64,000 bases of DNA from Sphyrna mokarran. Its lineage: Eukaryota. The first letter of the stretch is position 1. Every line of letters begins with the position of its first letter. A model generated the notes under the pieces. The model was not told the DNA's origin. It made no database searches and was given only the letters and a program-made list of their open reading frames with translations. The position numbers and the translations under genes are program-made. The stretch is from positions 84,630,001 to 84,694,000 of the forward strand of contig JAGIQG010000003.1 in assembly GCA_024679065.1 (NCBI GenBank), read 5' to 3'. Positions 26,010 through 38,759 of the stretch are shown here, one piece after another.

Positions 26010-28210
26010 AAAGAGATTCTCAGTGATGTCTTTAGATTGGAACTGAGTTGAGCAATTTGTTACCTAATTGAGGTAGGAAAAAGATTAAAAGGGCATCTAG
26101 AAAATAATGGTAACTTTGGGCAGAGTCAATATGGAATAATGAAAGGAAGATCATGTTTGACAAACCTATTGCAACTTCTTGATGTAACTAGCAGAATAGA
26201 TGAGAGTAAACCAGTACATGACTGACTTGGGTTTTCAGAAGACTGAAAAAATTCACACGACGTTAATAAGTAAAATTAGAGTATATAGATTTCGGAGTAA
26301 TATACTGCCACAGATTGAGAACAGGTTGACAGACAGAATAAATGGGTCATTCTCTGTGACAAGTGGCAACCGCAAGAATAAGTGTTTGGGCTCCAGCTAT
26401 TCGTAATCTATTTCAATGAATGAGTCTGGGACCAAATAAATATAATCTTTCCAAGTTTGCTGACAACACAAACTAGCTGCAAATATGAGTTGAGGACGAT
26501 GCAAGAAGCTTCAAGGTGAATAGACAGAATAAAGAAGTGGGCAAGAATATGACAGATGGAATATAATGTGAAAAAATATGAAGTTATCTGCTTAAGTAGA
26601 AAAGATAGAGAAAAATTGTTTTTTAAATGGTGCCAGATTAGGAGGTGTTGATGTCCAAAGAGACCTGAATGTCATGAGTCGCTGTAAGCCAGCATGCAGG
26701 TGTAACAAGCAACTAAGAAAGTAAATAGTATGTTCTTGTTGTATAAGAGTCTTGGTGAGACCAAATCTGAATGGAACATTTAGTACAATTTTAGTCATCT
26801 TCCCTTCGCCTCACAAATTTGATTGCATTCTTTTAAGGAGGTTACTGTGTGGACAAAGGTAGAGCAGTTGATGTTGTTTACATGGATTTTAGATAGGTAT
26901 TTAATAAGGTTCCTCACTGTAGGCTCATGAAGATAAGGATGTGTGGTATAGAAGGAAATTTGGCCAATTGGATAAGTAATTGGCCGTCTCATAGAAGACA
27001 GAGGGTGGTGGTGGAAGGAAAATTTTCAGACTGGAGGCCAGTTACCAGCAGTGTACCACACAGGTCACTGCTGGGTCCTCTGCTATTTGTGATTTATATC
27101 AGTGCCTTGGAAGAAGGGGCTGAAGGATAGGTTAGTAAATTTGCTGATGACACCAAGATCGATGGACTAGTGGATGAGGTGAAGGGCTCCTACAGGCTGC
27201 AAAGAGACGTTGATAGGATGCAGAGCTGGGCAGAAAAGTGGCAGATGGAGTATAACCCTGATAAGTGTGAGGCGATTCATTTTGGTAGAATTTTGGATTC
27301 ATTTGATTTCACTTGAATGCGGACTACAGGGTCAGTGGCAGGATTCTGAGGAATGTGGAGGAACAAAGAGATCTTGGGGCTTGTATCCACAGATCCCTGA
27401 AGGTTGTCAGCCAAGTGAATAGAGCTGTGAAGAAGGCTTGTAGTATGTTAGTGTTTATTAACAAGGGGTTTGAGTTTGAACCATGGGGTTATGCTGCAAC
27501 AATACTGGTTGTTAGTGAGACCACATTTAGAATATTGTGTTCAGTTCTGGTCATTTCACTATAAGAAGGATGTGGAAGCATGGGAGAGAGTGCAGAGGAG
27601 ATTTATCAGGATGCTGCCTGGTTTAGAGGGCAGGTCTTATGAGGAAAGGTTGAGGAAGCTGAGGCTTTCCTCTTTGGAGCGGAAGAGGATGAGAGGCAAC
27701 TTCATAGAGGTTTATAAGATGATAAGGGGGATTAATAGAGTGGACGTGTAGAGACTATTTCATCAGGTGCATGTAGCTGTTACAAGCGGGCATAACTATA
27801 AGGTTTATGGTGGAAGATATGAGGGATGTCTGAGGTAGATTCTTCACTGAGTTGTTGGGGTGTGGAATAGTCTGTCTGCTGTGATGGTGGAATTGGACAC
27901 TTTAGGAACTTTCAAGCGGTTATTGGATAGGCACATGGAGCACACCAGAATTATAGGAAATGGGATAGCTTGATCTTGGGACTGGACATAGCTTGGCACA
28001 ACATTGAGGGCTGAAGGGCCTGTGTTGTGCTGTACTGTTCTATGTTCTATTCTATGTACCTTAGGAAAGATATATTTTCCATGGAGAGGATGCAACAAAG
28101 ATTCACCAGACTCATTCCTGGGATGATGATGATATCCAGTGAGGATTCTGGGACAGTATTCATTAGAGTTTAAAAGAACGAGATGTGATCTCATTAAAAC
28201 TCACAAAATT
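26010..28210 (+). mobile_element. old CR1 interrupted by a younger CR1 (26808-28052)
   Basis: outer copy: ccaagtttgctgacaacacaaa, resuming accttaggaaagatata at ~28057; inner copy: [30 protein letters not shown], tail gttctatgttctat. Confidence 0.85.
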
Positions 28211-29189
28211 AGAATTGCACTTCAAGAGTGAAAACTAAAGATTGAAAATTTGAAAGCAGCATAAAATTTGGTTGAATTTAACTGATTTTGGTTCGTGGCA
28301 TGTAACTTTTTTTCAAAAAATATAGAAAATTAAAATGGGCAAATACAGTGCTGCTTATTCAACCCCATTTTGTCATCCCCAATATTTGTTGAGGTGTGAG
28401 AAGTAACATAATTAGTTTTGAAATAGTGTTGATAAAATTCCTGAAACAACTTTATTGAACATATGGAAAGAAAAGAGCATACGGATTCCATTTATTTTCC
28501 AAGATTGAAACTAAAATGTAACCAAAATTTTTGAGAGCAAAGCTCTAAGCTCTGTTTTAAGCATCATATTTTTCTAAAAAAAAAGACAGATTTGTAATAT
28601 AGTAATGATTATCAAGTAATCACTGGGTGCTATATACCCTTTCAACTCTGAGGTTAGTGTTCAGATCTAGCCTAATTGTCTTTTCAAATGTAACCTGGAG
28701 TGTTGAGAACCAAGGTTAAATGTAGCTCAGCTTGTTAGGAATTTGGATTTAAATGCCTTCCAACTGAAGTAGATAAAAACGTCTCTCCTCACTGCTTGCT
28801 ACATTGATGCTGCATTTTGGGAAATCTCAACTCCATTTCTAACAGGATTAGACTTTCAAATCATTTGCTTTAAAGTGACTATCTCCATCCCAAATTGGTG
28901 CTAAGGATGTCCACTGACTTCAATTTTGCCAGACTCCTTGAAACCACATTTGTCTTTTGATGTGCTGGCCTCCCTCACTATTGAGGATGGAACTATTTGT
29001 GGAGTTGACTCCTACAACTAGTTATTTAATTGTCCACCATCATTCACAACTGGATGTGACAGGACTCCAGAACTTTTACCCGATCCGTTGGTTGTGGAAT
29101 TGCTTAGCTGTGTACATCTCATGCTGTTCTTTCGCTGTTTAGCATGCAAGTTGTGTTGCATTTTCACCAGCTTGATAATTTATTTTAGG

Positions 29190-29480
29190 TGTAAATGGCA
29201 CAGTGATTAGCACTGCTCCCTCTCAGCGCCAGGGCCCTGTGTTGAATTCTGGCCTTTGGTCATTGTCTGCATCTTCTTCCCTTGTCTGCGTGGGTTTCCG
29301 CTGGGTACTTTGGTTTCTTTCCACAGTCCAAAAGTGGTGCTGGTTAAATACATTGGTCTAGCTAAGTTCTCCCTCACTGTACCTGAACAGGTGCTAGAGT
29401 GTAGCGATGAGAGGATTTTCACAGTAATTTCATTGCAATGTTAATGTAAGCCAACTTGTGACATTAATAAATGAACTTTA
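29190..29480 (+). mobile_element. V-SINE (HE1-related, different tail)
   Basis: ggcacagtgattagcactgct..gttgaattc head; V-domain gtctgcgtgggtttcc..ccacagtccaaa; tail cttgtgacattaataaa. Confidence 0.8.
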
Positions 29481-29614
29481 AAGGTGTATATGATACTGCT
29501 CTTGGATTGCCCTCCAGTAGTCTTCATTGAACCAGGATTGATCTCCTGATGGTAATGGTAAAATGAGAGAACTAAGAGGTACAGATTGAGGTTGAATATG
29601 GTTCTACTGCTGCT

Positions 29615-29905
29615 CATAGAATCCTTGGAGTGCTGAAGGAGGCCATTCACATCATTGAGTCTGCATTGACAACAATTCCAGCCATACCTATCTCTACAAC
29701 CCTACATATTTACCCTACTAATTCTCCTAACATTAAAGGGCAATTTAGCACAACCAAAAAGCCTAACCTGCATATCTTTGGTATGCGGGAGGAAACTGGA
29801 CCATCAAGAGGAACCCCCACACGACCTGAGAGCGTGCAAATTCCACATAATTACCAGAGGCTGGAATTGAACCTGAATCCCTGGTGCTGTGAGGCAACAT
29901 TGCTG
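29615..29905 (-). mobile_element. HE1/V-SINE
   Basis: catagaatcc tail; ctaacctgcatatctttgg..gggaggaaactgga; gaattgaacc..ccctggtgctgtgaggca. Confidence 0.78.
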
Positions 29906-32042
29906 ATGGTCCATAGCACCTCAGGATGCCCATTTTTGGCAGCTAAATCTGTTCTGACTCACAGCATAATAGAGAGTGGCCTTTGTCTTCAAAAGGATTG
30001 TATGGTGGTTACTCCCAGCTATATCTCTCGGACACATGCATCTTCGAGAGCTAGAATGGAGATGTTTGAGTAGGTTCGTTCTTTTTATTCGTTTCTTCTA
30101 GCAGCTATGTCTTTCAGAACACAGCCAACTCGGTGAATGTTTGTGGTACGTACCGTTCTTAGTGATACATAGTGAAGTCCCCCACCCAGAGTACATTCTA
30201 TGTCCTTGCTATTCTCTGTGCTTTTTCCAAATGATGTTCAACATGGAAGAATATTGATTCATCAACACACAGAGGGCAGCAGGTGGTAACCATCAGAACT
30301 TTTCCATGCTTACATTTGGTCTGATGCCGTAAGACTGGATGGGGTCCAGAATCAATGTTGAGGATTTCAAGAGCCACACTCTGCTGACTGTTTCCCATTC
30401 TGTTTCTCTGCTGGGCCTTTTGATAGGACAGGACATAGCTAGAGGCGATGATATGATTCGTTAAGTATTACTATATCTGGCTGTTGCTTGAATTCTAAGG
30501 GATAGCTCTCCAAATTTTGGCACCAATCCCCAGTTAATATGAGATACTTTGCAGGTTCAATAGCTGTGTGTGCCATTGTTGTTTCTGATGCCTAGGCTAA
30601 TGCCAGGTTATCTGTCCATTTTTATTCCTTTGACTTTTCTGTAGAAGTTTAGTGCAGCTGAGTGGCCTCAAAAGGCATTCAAAAGTTAGCCATATTGTTG
30701 TGGTTCTGAAATCACGTGTAGGCCAGATTAGGTAAGGGTGGCAGTTTTCCTTCCCTAAAGGATATTAGTGAACAAGGTGGGATCTTACGACAATTGATAC
30801 CTATGGTGACAGAAGACTGAGACTATTTTTTCTGTTCCAGAAGTTTTTTAAAATTATTAATTCACTGAATTTAAATTTCACCAGCTACTAGGATTTAAAC
30901 TCATGTCCCCAAGGCTGCTGAAATACTGGTCCAGTGACATCAGTACTAGATCATTATTTCCTGCCACAGATTCCTTACTACCAAATTCCAGCATTTTCCT
31001 GATGGTAGATGTTAGGCTAACTGGCCTAATCTGCTAGCACATATGCAGAATATCGGGACAATCTGTGAATCCACTACCTCTGTAAATAATGTGGAGAGTG
31101 CTCACTGTGTACCTACCATCTGCTTTGATATGAGAATGCTTGATAGTGCAGCATAGGGAAAGCTTGACTTTGCTTATTCCTGTGTTGTACTTAACCTGGG
31201 AATTATTGATGTCTACAGTGGGGAAAATGCTCCCTTCCCTTGGCACTAACAAACCATACCAGACCTTGATCACAAAATTTGAAACAAAAGTGGGGAATAA
31301 AGGGAAGCAAACCTTTCATGCCCACAGGTTTCATTAGCTGATTAAACTCCAGCAATATCTATGTGCAATTGAAAGATTGTTGAGCAGTATTTCCTGCCAA
31401 CATCAACTCTCTAGGTTTGGATGTGTGGAGTGGATCACAATGAAGAGTGATTCTACTCTCCAGGTCCATCAAATACACTGTACCAGTGTGGATTCTCACT
31501 ACCTTGGTTTGGGATTCTTTTTATTAATAAGGTTGACGTTCTTCACAAATCTAGCTAACACTAACCTAAATGCCAACCTCATTTCTGGGATGACTAGATT
31601 TTCCATGTGATAGGGCCATGACCCTGTCTACCCCTCACCTCCCCAAACATACAAAGGAAGGAAGAAAGACTTATACTTTTGTAGTGCTTTGCTCAACGTC
31701 AGGATACCCCAAAGTATTTCACAGCCAACGGAGTACTTATGAAATATGTTCCTTGTAAGGTAGGGAATAAGGTAGGCAATTTGAGAATAACAAAACCCAC
31801 AAGCAGCAATGAGAATAAGCAGATCATCCATTATAATGATGATTGGTCTCTGACAGTAAAGAAATTTCCATGCTGCTTTGACCCTAAAGGAAAATAACCA
31901 TCTTGGCATGTTACATTGTTGGATAGCATTGTTCTTAACCAACAAATATGTTGAGGAAGTCAGGCTTGGCCAGGTGTGGTAGGAACGGGCTTGATGCCTT
32001 TGTAGGCCATGGACCTCATTGTGTTTCCTATGCTCACCTCAG

Positions 32043-32335
32043 ATAGTGAAGAGGAGTACACAGACGATGACGACATGAGCTGGAAGGTGCGTCGAGCTTC
32101 CACCAAGTGCTTAGATGCTATCGTGAGCACGAGGCATGAGATGTTACAGGAGTTTTACAAGACGGTCTCGCCGGCCCTAATTGGGCGATTCAAGGAGCGA
32201 GAGGAGAATGTGAAGGCTGACATATTTCACGCCTATGTGTCTCTCCTGAAGCAGACCAAACCAGTCCAGAGCTGGTTGCAGACTGCGGATGCCCTGGGAC
32301 AGGGAGACATGCCCCTAATGATGCTCCAACTCCAA
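32043..32335 (+). CDS. CAND2: CAND exon 8, 293 nt
   Basis: cctcag|AT AGT ... CTC CAA|gtgagt; SEEEYTDDDDMSWKVRRASTKCLDAIVSTRHEML. Confidence 0.95.
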
Positions 32336-33161
32336 GTGAGTATTTTCTATGGGTGGGTATTAATCCCCAGTTTTCTCTCCTTCCCTTAACAATAGCCTAC
32401 CTTTGTAAAACATTCATACAGCAGCTGCATGAGAATAGAGAACACTACACCTCACTCTTTCCTTTAATCTCAGGAACACTGAGAGCAACACAATGGTCTG
32501 TCCCTGACTGAATTACTAACACAGCAGTGAATGGATCAATCCTAGGCAGTTACCAAACTGCCAATGTAAGGCTGCCAGGGAGTGACATATGTGATAACAG
32601 GTTGTATAGGCATAGTAATAGGTTGATACTAAATTATTCACAAGGCACAAATGGTGGAGGAGTAGGGGTGCAGGTGGAAGGACATTGGTTGGCATGGAGA
32701 CAATGATGGCCATGGAGGAGTTAGGGGAGAGAATGAGGTGGTATGTATGGTGTCTGGGGAGATGGAGGCCAGAAGACTGATTAAAATGCTGGGTTACTGA
32801 GGTCAGCCTTTCACCCAGCCCACCCAGCAGACCCTGTGTTGCCTCTGAACTCTTTCTCTGAGTGACAAACCTGACTCCTGGTTAACAGCTGCCCCCACCA
32901 CAAATGAAAATTTGACCATCGGAGGCCCCCAAGTTTGGTTTGCGGAGCTGGGATTTTCCCAACTCTGTTCCCCTGATGCAAGAGCAAAGATTCAGGTCTA
33001 TTAATTGCAGGTAGTGTCTTCTGAAATTAAATCAGGTTACTGAATAACTAATTGATATTACTCTTAAATTTTTTTCTCCTTCTCCATATTCCCACTCGTG
33101 TATATCCTCTCCCTCTTTTTTTTTTCTCTGCCTCCTCCTCCTCACATCCCTTGCCCTGCAG

Positions 33162-33303
33162 GTACCTAGTATAGTGAAAGCTTTGCATAAGCAGCTCAAG
33201 GAGAAGAGCATGAAGACTCGACAAGGCTGTTTCAACCTCCTCACCGAATTGGCCACTGTCCTACCCGGAGGCTTATCAGAGCACATACCAGCCTTGGTAC
33301 CAG
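33162..33303 (+). CDS. CAND2: CAND exon 9, 142 nt
   Basis: long polypyrimidine tract, ctgcag|GTA ... CCA G|gtatga; [30 protein letters not shown]. Confidence 0.95.
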
Positions 33304-33789
33304 GTATGAACAATGGCAGCAGTGGGTGCAGAGAAACTCAAAACCGTATATCTTCTAGGGTTGGTAAGGCATGCACTAATAGGCCATATTTTCAGAAAAG
33401 TGGGGCACTGCTCCCTCCTCAAAGCTTCAGTATCCCACAAATTCTGAATTCCTCCTCTTATGCATGTTGCTATTTGGAGTGCCAAGCAGAGGGCCAGTTT
33501 TCCAAACTTCCCCATCAGAGGAATTAGGAACAAGAGATAAAAGTTTGAAGGAATACCAACCTTGGTGGTACCAATAAAATAGAAATCTGAAAGGTTGCAT
33601 GAGGCTAGACAGGGTTGTGTATCAGATGAATTGCTTTGTCCATGTACCTTTTTGATGCGTGTGGAATGTTTCCTATTAGAGGAAATGAAGTTCTGGATGG
33701 ACTTAGGTTTTATAAAGAAAACTTGTGGAGAAGTACTTACTTGAATGCTCAGAAACAGTAAACTAATCCAACTTCCTTTATTTTTACAG

Positions 33790-35295
33790 GCATTATTTAC
33801 TCTCTCACTGACAAATCGAGTACTTCAAATATGAAGATTGATGCACTGACCTTCTTTCATGTCATCCTTTGCAATCATCCTCCAGAAGTGTTCCACCCCC
33901 ACATCAAGGCATTGTTGCCACCAACAGTAGCCTGCATAAGCGATCCGTTCTATAAAATCACTTCTGAGGCCTTGCTGGTGACTCAGCAACTTATAGAGGT
34001 GATTCGACCACTAGGCAAGCCTTGTTCATTTGATGCTAAGCCTTATGTGAAAGATTTGTTTAGTAGCACTTTAAAGAGATTGAAAGCATCTGACATCGAC
34101 CAAGAAGTGAAGGAGAGAGCGATAGCCTGCATGGGACAGATCATTTGTAATCTTGGAGACAACCTAGGTGCTGACTTGAACCCCACATTACAGATTTTCC
34201 TTGAACGACTGAAAAATGAGATCACAAGACTGACTACTGTCAAAACCTTGACCCTGATTGCAAGCTCTCCTTTAAAAATTGATCTGCGCCCAATTCTTGG
34301 TGAGGGTGTCCCGATCTTGGCCTCTTTTCTTAGGAAGAACCAGCGTGCGTTAAAACTCAGCACCCTAGCTGCACTGGATATTCTAGTTAAGAATTATGGT
34401 GACAGTCTCAAGCCGGTGATGATCGAATCAGTCTTAAAGGAGATGCCAACCTTGATTGGGGAGAGTGACATGCATGTCTCTCAGATGGCCATCACGTTCC
34501 TGACATCATTAGCCAAAGTCTATCCATCATCGGTGTCTAAGATTGGTGGGTCAATATTGACGGAACTGTTCAACCTTGTTCGCTCACCACTGCTCCAAGG
34601 AGGGGCGTTGAATGCCATTTTAGATTTCTTCCAGGCTTTGGTGGTATCCAAGACTCCCAACATGGGCTACATGGAGCTTCTCAAGCAGCTGACAGGAACC
34701 ATCTATTCATCAGCTCAGCTGGGTGGTGGCATGGTTTTACACAAACAAGCTTATTACTCTGTGGCTAAATGTGTAGCTGCACTTACCTCAGCTTGTCCAA
34801 AGGATGCCAGTACAGTGGTGAACCAGTTTGTCCAAGATGTGAAGAATCCCAAATCTTCTGACTCGGTTCGTTTGTTGGCTCTACTTTCTTTAGGCGAGAT
34901 AGGCCGCACCATGAACTTGGGTGCACAGAAGGAGCTTAAGGTGGTCATTCTTGAAGCATTTTCGTCACCTAGTGAGGAAGTGAAGTCAGCTGCCTCCTAT
35001 GCATTAGGAAACATCAGTGTGGGAAACCTTAATGAATATCTTCCTTTCATGCTGAAAGAGATCAGCAGTCAGCCCAAGCGACAGTATTTGTTGCTGCACT
35101 CGTTGAAAGAGGTGATCAGCTCTTCGCCAGCGGATAGTTTGAAACCTCACGTCCAGGACATTTGGGCCTTGCTGTTCAAAAATTGCGAGTGTGCTGAAGA
35201 GGGGACTCGGAATGTGGTGGCTGAATGTTTAGGAAAATTAACCCTCATTGATCCAACCCACCTGCTGCCCAGGCTAAAGAAACAACTCACATCAG
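33790..35295 (+). CDS. CAND2: CAND exon 10 (large HEAT-repeat exon), 1506 nt
   Basis: ttacag|GC ATT ... TCA G|gtaaat; overlaps the 538-aa ORF; DIDQEVKERAI, LERLKNEITRL, EEGTRNVVAECLGKL. Confidence 0.97.
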
Positions 35296-35496
35296 GTAAA
35301 TATCAAGTTTCCTGTGAAACAGGACAAATCCAGAGTATTTTTATATTTAATTTTTCATGCTCTCACCATCTCACAGCCAATGAGATAGTTTTGAAGTGTA
35401 AATGTTATAAAATTCATTCATCAAATGCAAGAACACACAAACAATGATTGAAGAAAGTTGTTCATTTAAGTGTTTCAAGCTTTGAATGCCCCACAG

Positions 35497-35592
35497 GTTC
35501 AGCCTATGCTCGAAGTACAGTGGTGACTGCTGTCAAGTTTACAATTTCAGACCATCCACAGGGGATTGATCCGCTGCTGAAAGGCTGTATAG
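35497..35592 (+). CDS. CAND2: CAND exon 11, 96 nt
   Basis: ccacag|GT TCA ... ATA G|gtgagt; [31 protein letters not shown]. Confidence 0.95.
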
Positions 35593-36229
35593 GTGAGTCT
35601 GGCAACTGGGAAGTGGCTCCTGCCAATAGGTACAAAGTAAGAGAGGGCAGTGAACAGTTCCCCTCTCTTGACAGCCTTGTGATAAAGACACCAACCATTA
35701 TAGTGCTGAAACATACAGGCCATGAGGTCCCAGATTCAACCCTCAGTCGATGGGTGAGTTATCTAATCTATATTTGGCTCACTACCCAAGTGTTAGAAAA
35801 AGGTTAAAAAAATCAACAAAGGTCATTTTTATCACTAGCCAGTGGGCCTGACTGGAATATTCCCTTTGCTGAAATGTGATTGTTAGGTGAATACCTACTT
35901 GCACACCCACAGTGGTAAGTGCTTTTTCTCATTGCTCTACACTAGAAACTTAGGTAATGAATAGAAAGTTGTATATAAAATACCAGAGGGCAAACTAATA
36001 ACTAATGCTGCAAAGTGAAAGGGTGACAATTGAGGGAGAAGGAAATTAATAAAGGATAGCATCTTTCAGAGGAGCTGGGGAAGGGTTTCAAAGCATTTTT
36101 CCCCTACCCATCCTGTTTTGAAGATTGTTAAAAGGAAGGCTGTTTTTATAATGTGCATGATGTAACTGAAGGACCTGACCTAACTGATAGTGCCACTAAA
36201 GTAGAATATTCTAGATGAGTAAAGAAAGA

Positions 36230-36540
36230 GATTTCCTTTATATAAACTTTTCAATTGTGGTGACTATAGTGACATAGGAAATATAGCATCTCATTCTCCC
36301 ACAGCGGCAATGCAATAATTACCAAATAAGCTGCTTCAACTTTGGCTTGAGGGATAAATGTTGGTTAGAGAGAGGCATGACATTGTTGTTCTCCCTTGAA
36401 TAGTTGTGGAATATTTAACATTCAGCTGAGAGGGCAGGTGGGGCCTGAATCTTGGTGATAGACAGCTCTTCTCACAGCCTGATATGTGTTTGAGTCTCTG
36501 AAGTGGACCTTGAACTCAGGACTTATTGAAGTTATGCAGG
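36230..36540 (-). mobile_element. Deu-domain SINE remnant
   Basis: ccacagcggcaatg..ttgagggataaatgttgg..ctgagagggcaggtggggcct..gagtctctgaagtggaccttgaactc. Confidence 0.5.
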
Positions 36541-37225
36541 AGTATGCTATATTAGGTCTAGCTTTGATGGAGTGAGCCAACAATCACAGCTATATTTATA
36601 TAAGGGAACATGCATCATTCTGTGGGGCTCTGAACGAATGGAATGTAAGGGCCAGATTTGGTCAGCTTCAGCCAATTTGCAAATGGGATTGGTAGCCCTG
36701 GGTGCTGCCATTTTGCTCTCCAGCGACATCTCTTGCCAAAGTTTCTTCCCTTTACTGGGATTTGATTATGTGAATATTCACTGCTCTGCAGCACTGCCCA
36801 GGTGCTGTTCACATGAGTTTGGTTACTCAAGGCTGATGAAATCCATCTGGGAATTTGACTACCCACTTTACTTCTGCCCAGTCTTGGTTTCTGTTGACAG
36901 CTGCCTCTTCACTGTCTGTTTTACACAGATGCTTGAAGTGCATTTCATCCCTTGGAATGCTGCCTACTTGTTCAACAAAGGGATTACGGTAACCTCATTC
37001 TGTCCTAGCCAACACCCATAATACAAGCATTTCTATTCAGCCTCTTGGTGGTTCTTTCCAGTTTCACACATGGTCTCCATCTGAGAGGCTTTGAATTGAT
37101 TGGTTTGGTAGGTTGGCAGATCCAAGTAGCGAAGGGCAACAACACCAGCTATTGGGAAATTTATTCTTCAAAAGAGAATGACTTGCTGATCTGCAGTCGT
37201 TAATGTTTCCCATTGTTTTATACAG

Positions 37226-37395
37226 GAGATTTTTTGCGGACCCTAGAGGACCCAGATCTTAATGTCAGACGTGTAGCCTTGGTGATGTTCAACTGCGCAG
37301 CTCACAATAAGCCTTCCCTGATCAGGGACTTACTGGAGACAGTGCTTCCGCAGCTGTACAATGAAACCAAGGTCAGAAAGGAGCTCATCAGAGAG
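37226..37395 (+). CDS. CAND2: CAND exon 12, 170 nt
   Basis: atacag|GA GAT ... AGA GAG|gtaagc; [36 protein letters not shown]. Confidence 0.95.
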
Positions 37396-37664
37396 GTAAG
37401 CATATCACATAGGAGACTTTAAAAGATAAAGCGCTCCCCATGGCCTTTTCAAATCCCAAATAGCCTTACCAAATCCCAAATGTGATAGTCAAATTTTGCA
37501 GGAGCAGGTCTGGAAACAGAAATGACCACTTTACCCGATATAGACCAGAACATTGGACACAATTTCTTTATCCTCAATCCTGTATCGAAATGAGAGAGCA
37601 GATGGACATTTGTTTTGACATTTATTTGAAAAGCTGTAGCTCTGACAGTGCCTCATTGGAATGT

Positions 37665-37985
37665 CATAGAACATTATAGCGCAGAACAGGCCCTTCGGCC
37701 CTCTGTTGCACCAACCAATGGAGAAAAAGCAATGACACTCTAACCTAAACCATTCCGCTTTCATCCATAAACCTATCCACTGACCACTTAAACGCCCCCA
37801 AACTTGGCGCATCTACAACTGCTGCAGACAGGGCATTCCATACCCTTACCACCCTCTGGGTAAAGAACCTACCTCTGACATCCGTCCTATAACTACCACC
37901 CCTTAATTTAAAGCTATGTCCCCTCGTGCTAGTCTTCTCCATCCGAGGAAAAAGGCTATCGCTGTCCACCCTGTCTAATCCTCTG
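37665..37985 (-). mobile_element. CR1 3' end
   Basis: LFPRMEKTSTRGHSFKLRGGSYRTDVRGRFFTQRVV; same subfamily as 42726-43900. Confidence 0.88.
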
Positions 37986-38333
37986 TTAGTCTAGATTTTC
38001 AGCTCGTGTGTCTGGAATGCCACTTGCAACCCTTAGCACTTCTGCCACAGCATCAGAATATTATCACGGAACCACAAGTTCAGAGTAGGGGCAGCAGAGT
38101 CTTTCCCAGTGGATCCCACATGGGGAGGTGGAGTGAAAATTGGCATGACAGAATCTGTTATACCTTCCTGTCCTCGTTAAAATGGCTGTGCCTTTTTGGA
38201 GTGTGACCACTCCGCCAATCCCTGGTAGGTGCAAGGCAAGGAAATCCTTGAGTGTGACAGATGTCTGCTGTATCCTCAGCTTTGCACCTGGGAAGTATAC
38301 ACTCAGGTCTCGGTTGCAAAAGAGACTAAATGC

Positions 38334-38655
38334 ATAAAATCCCTACAGTGCAGAAGAAGGCCATTCGGCTCATTGAGTCTGCATCAAGTCTCCAGAAGAG
38401 CATCTTATTTAGATTCAATCCCTGTAATCTCATGTACTTACCCTGCTAATCCCCCAAACTTGAACAATAAGCGCAATTTAGTATGCCTAAACAACCTAAC
38501 CTGCATATCTTTGGACTGTGGGAGAAAACCAGTGCATCCAGAGGAAATCCACACAGACACAGAAGAACATGCAAACTTCACACGTCACCCAGAGTGATTT
38601 GAACCTGGATCCCTGGTGCTGTGAGACAGCAGTGCTAATCATTGTGCCACCGTGC
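38334..38655 (-). mobile_element. HE1/V-SINE
   Basis: atccctacagtgcagaagaaggccattcgg tail; reverse V-domain; cagcagtgctaatcattgtgccaccgtg head. Confidence 0.82.
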
Positions 38656-38759
38656 GACAGTATTTGTCGGTTTTCTGTTTTGGTACTGTGGTGACCTAAT
38701 TCTGTAAATATTCTTATTGTGTGACTTTAGTTGGAATAATGAATGAATGAGCAAGTATA

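Larger units (their letters stand above)
28780..30650 (-). mobile_element. old non-LTR retrotransposon remnant carrying two inserted SINEs
   Basis: degenerate endonuclease-like segment; resembles the family at 41260-42180, 48745-49675 and 53130-53525. Confidence 0.45.

Noticed and set aside
35296-35447. C-terminal tail of the 538-aa ORF (KYQVSCETGQ...)
   Set aside because: Read-through into the intron after the GT donor at 35296; homology resumes at exon 11.
36572-37021. 149-aa intronic ORF
   Set aside because: No recognisable domain, non-ATG start and no convincing splice context; the CAND reading frame is complete without it.
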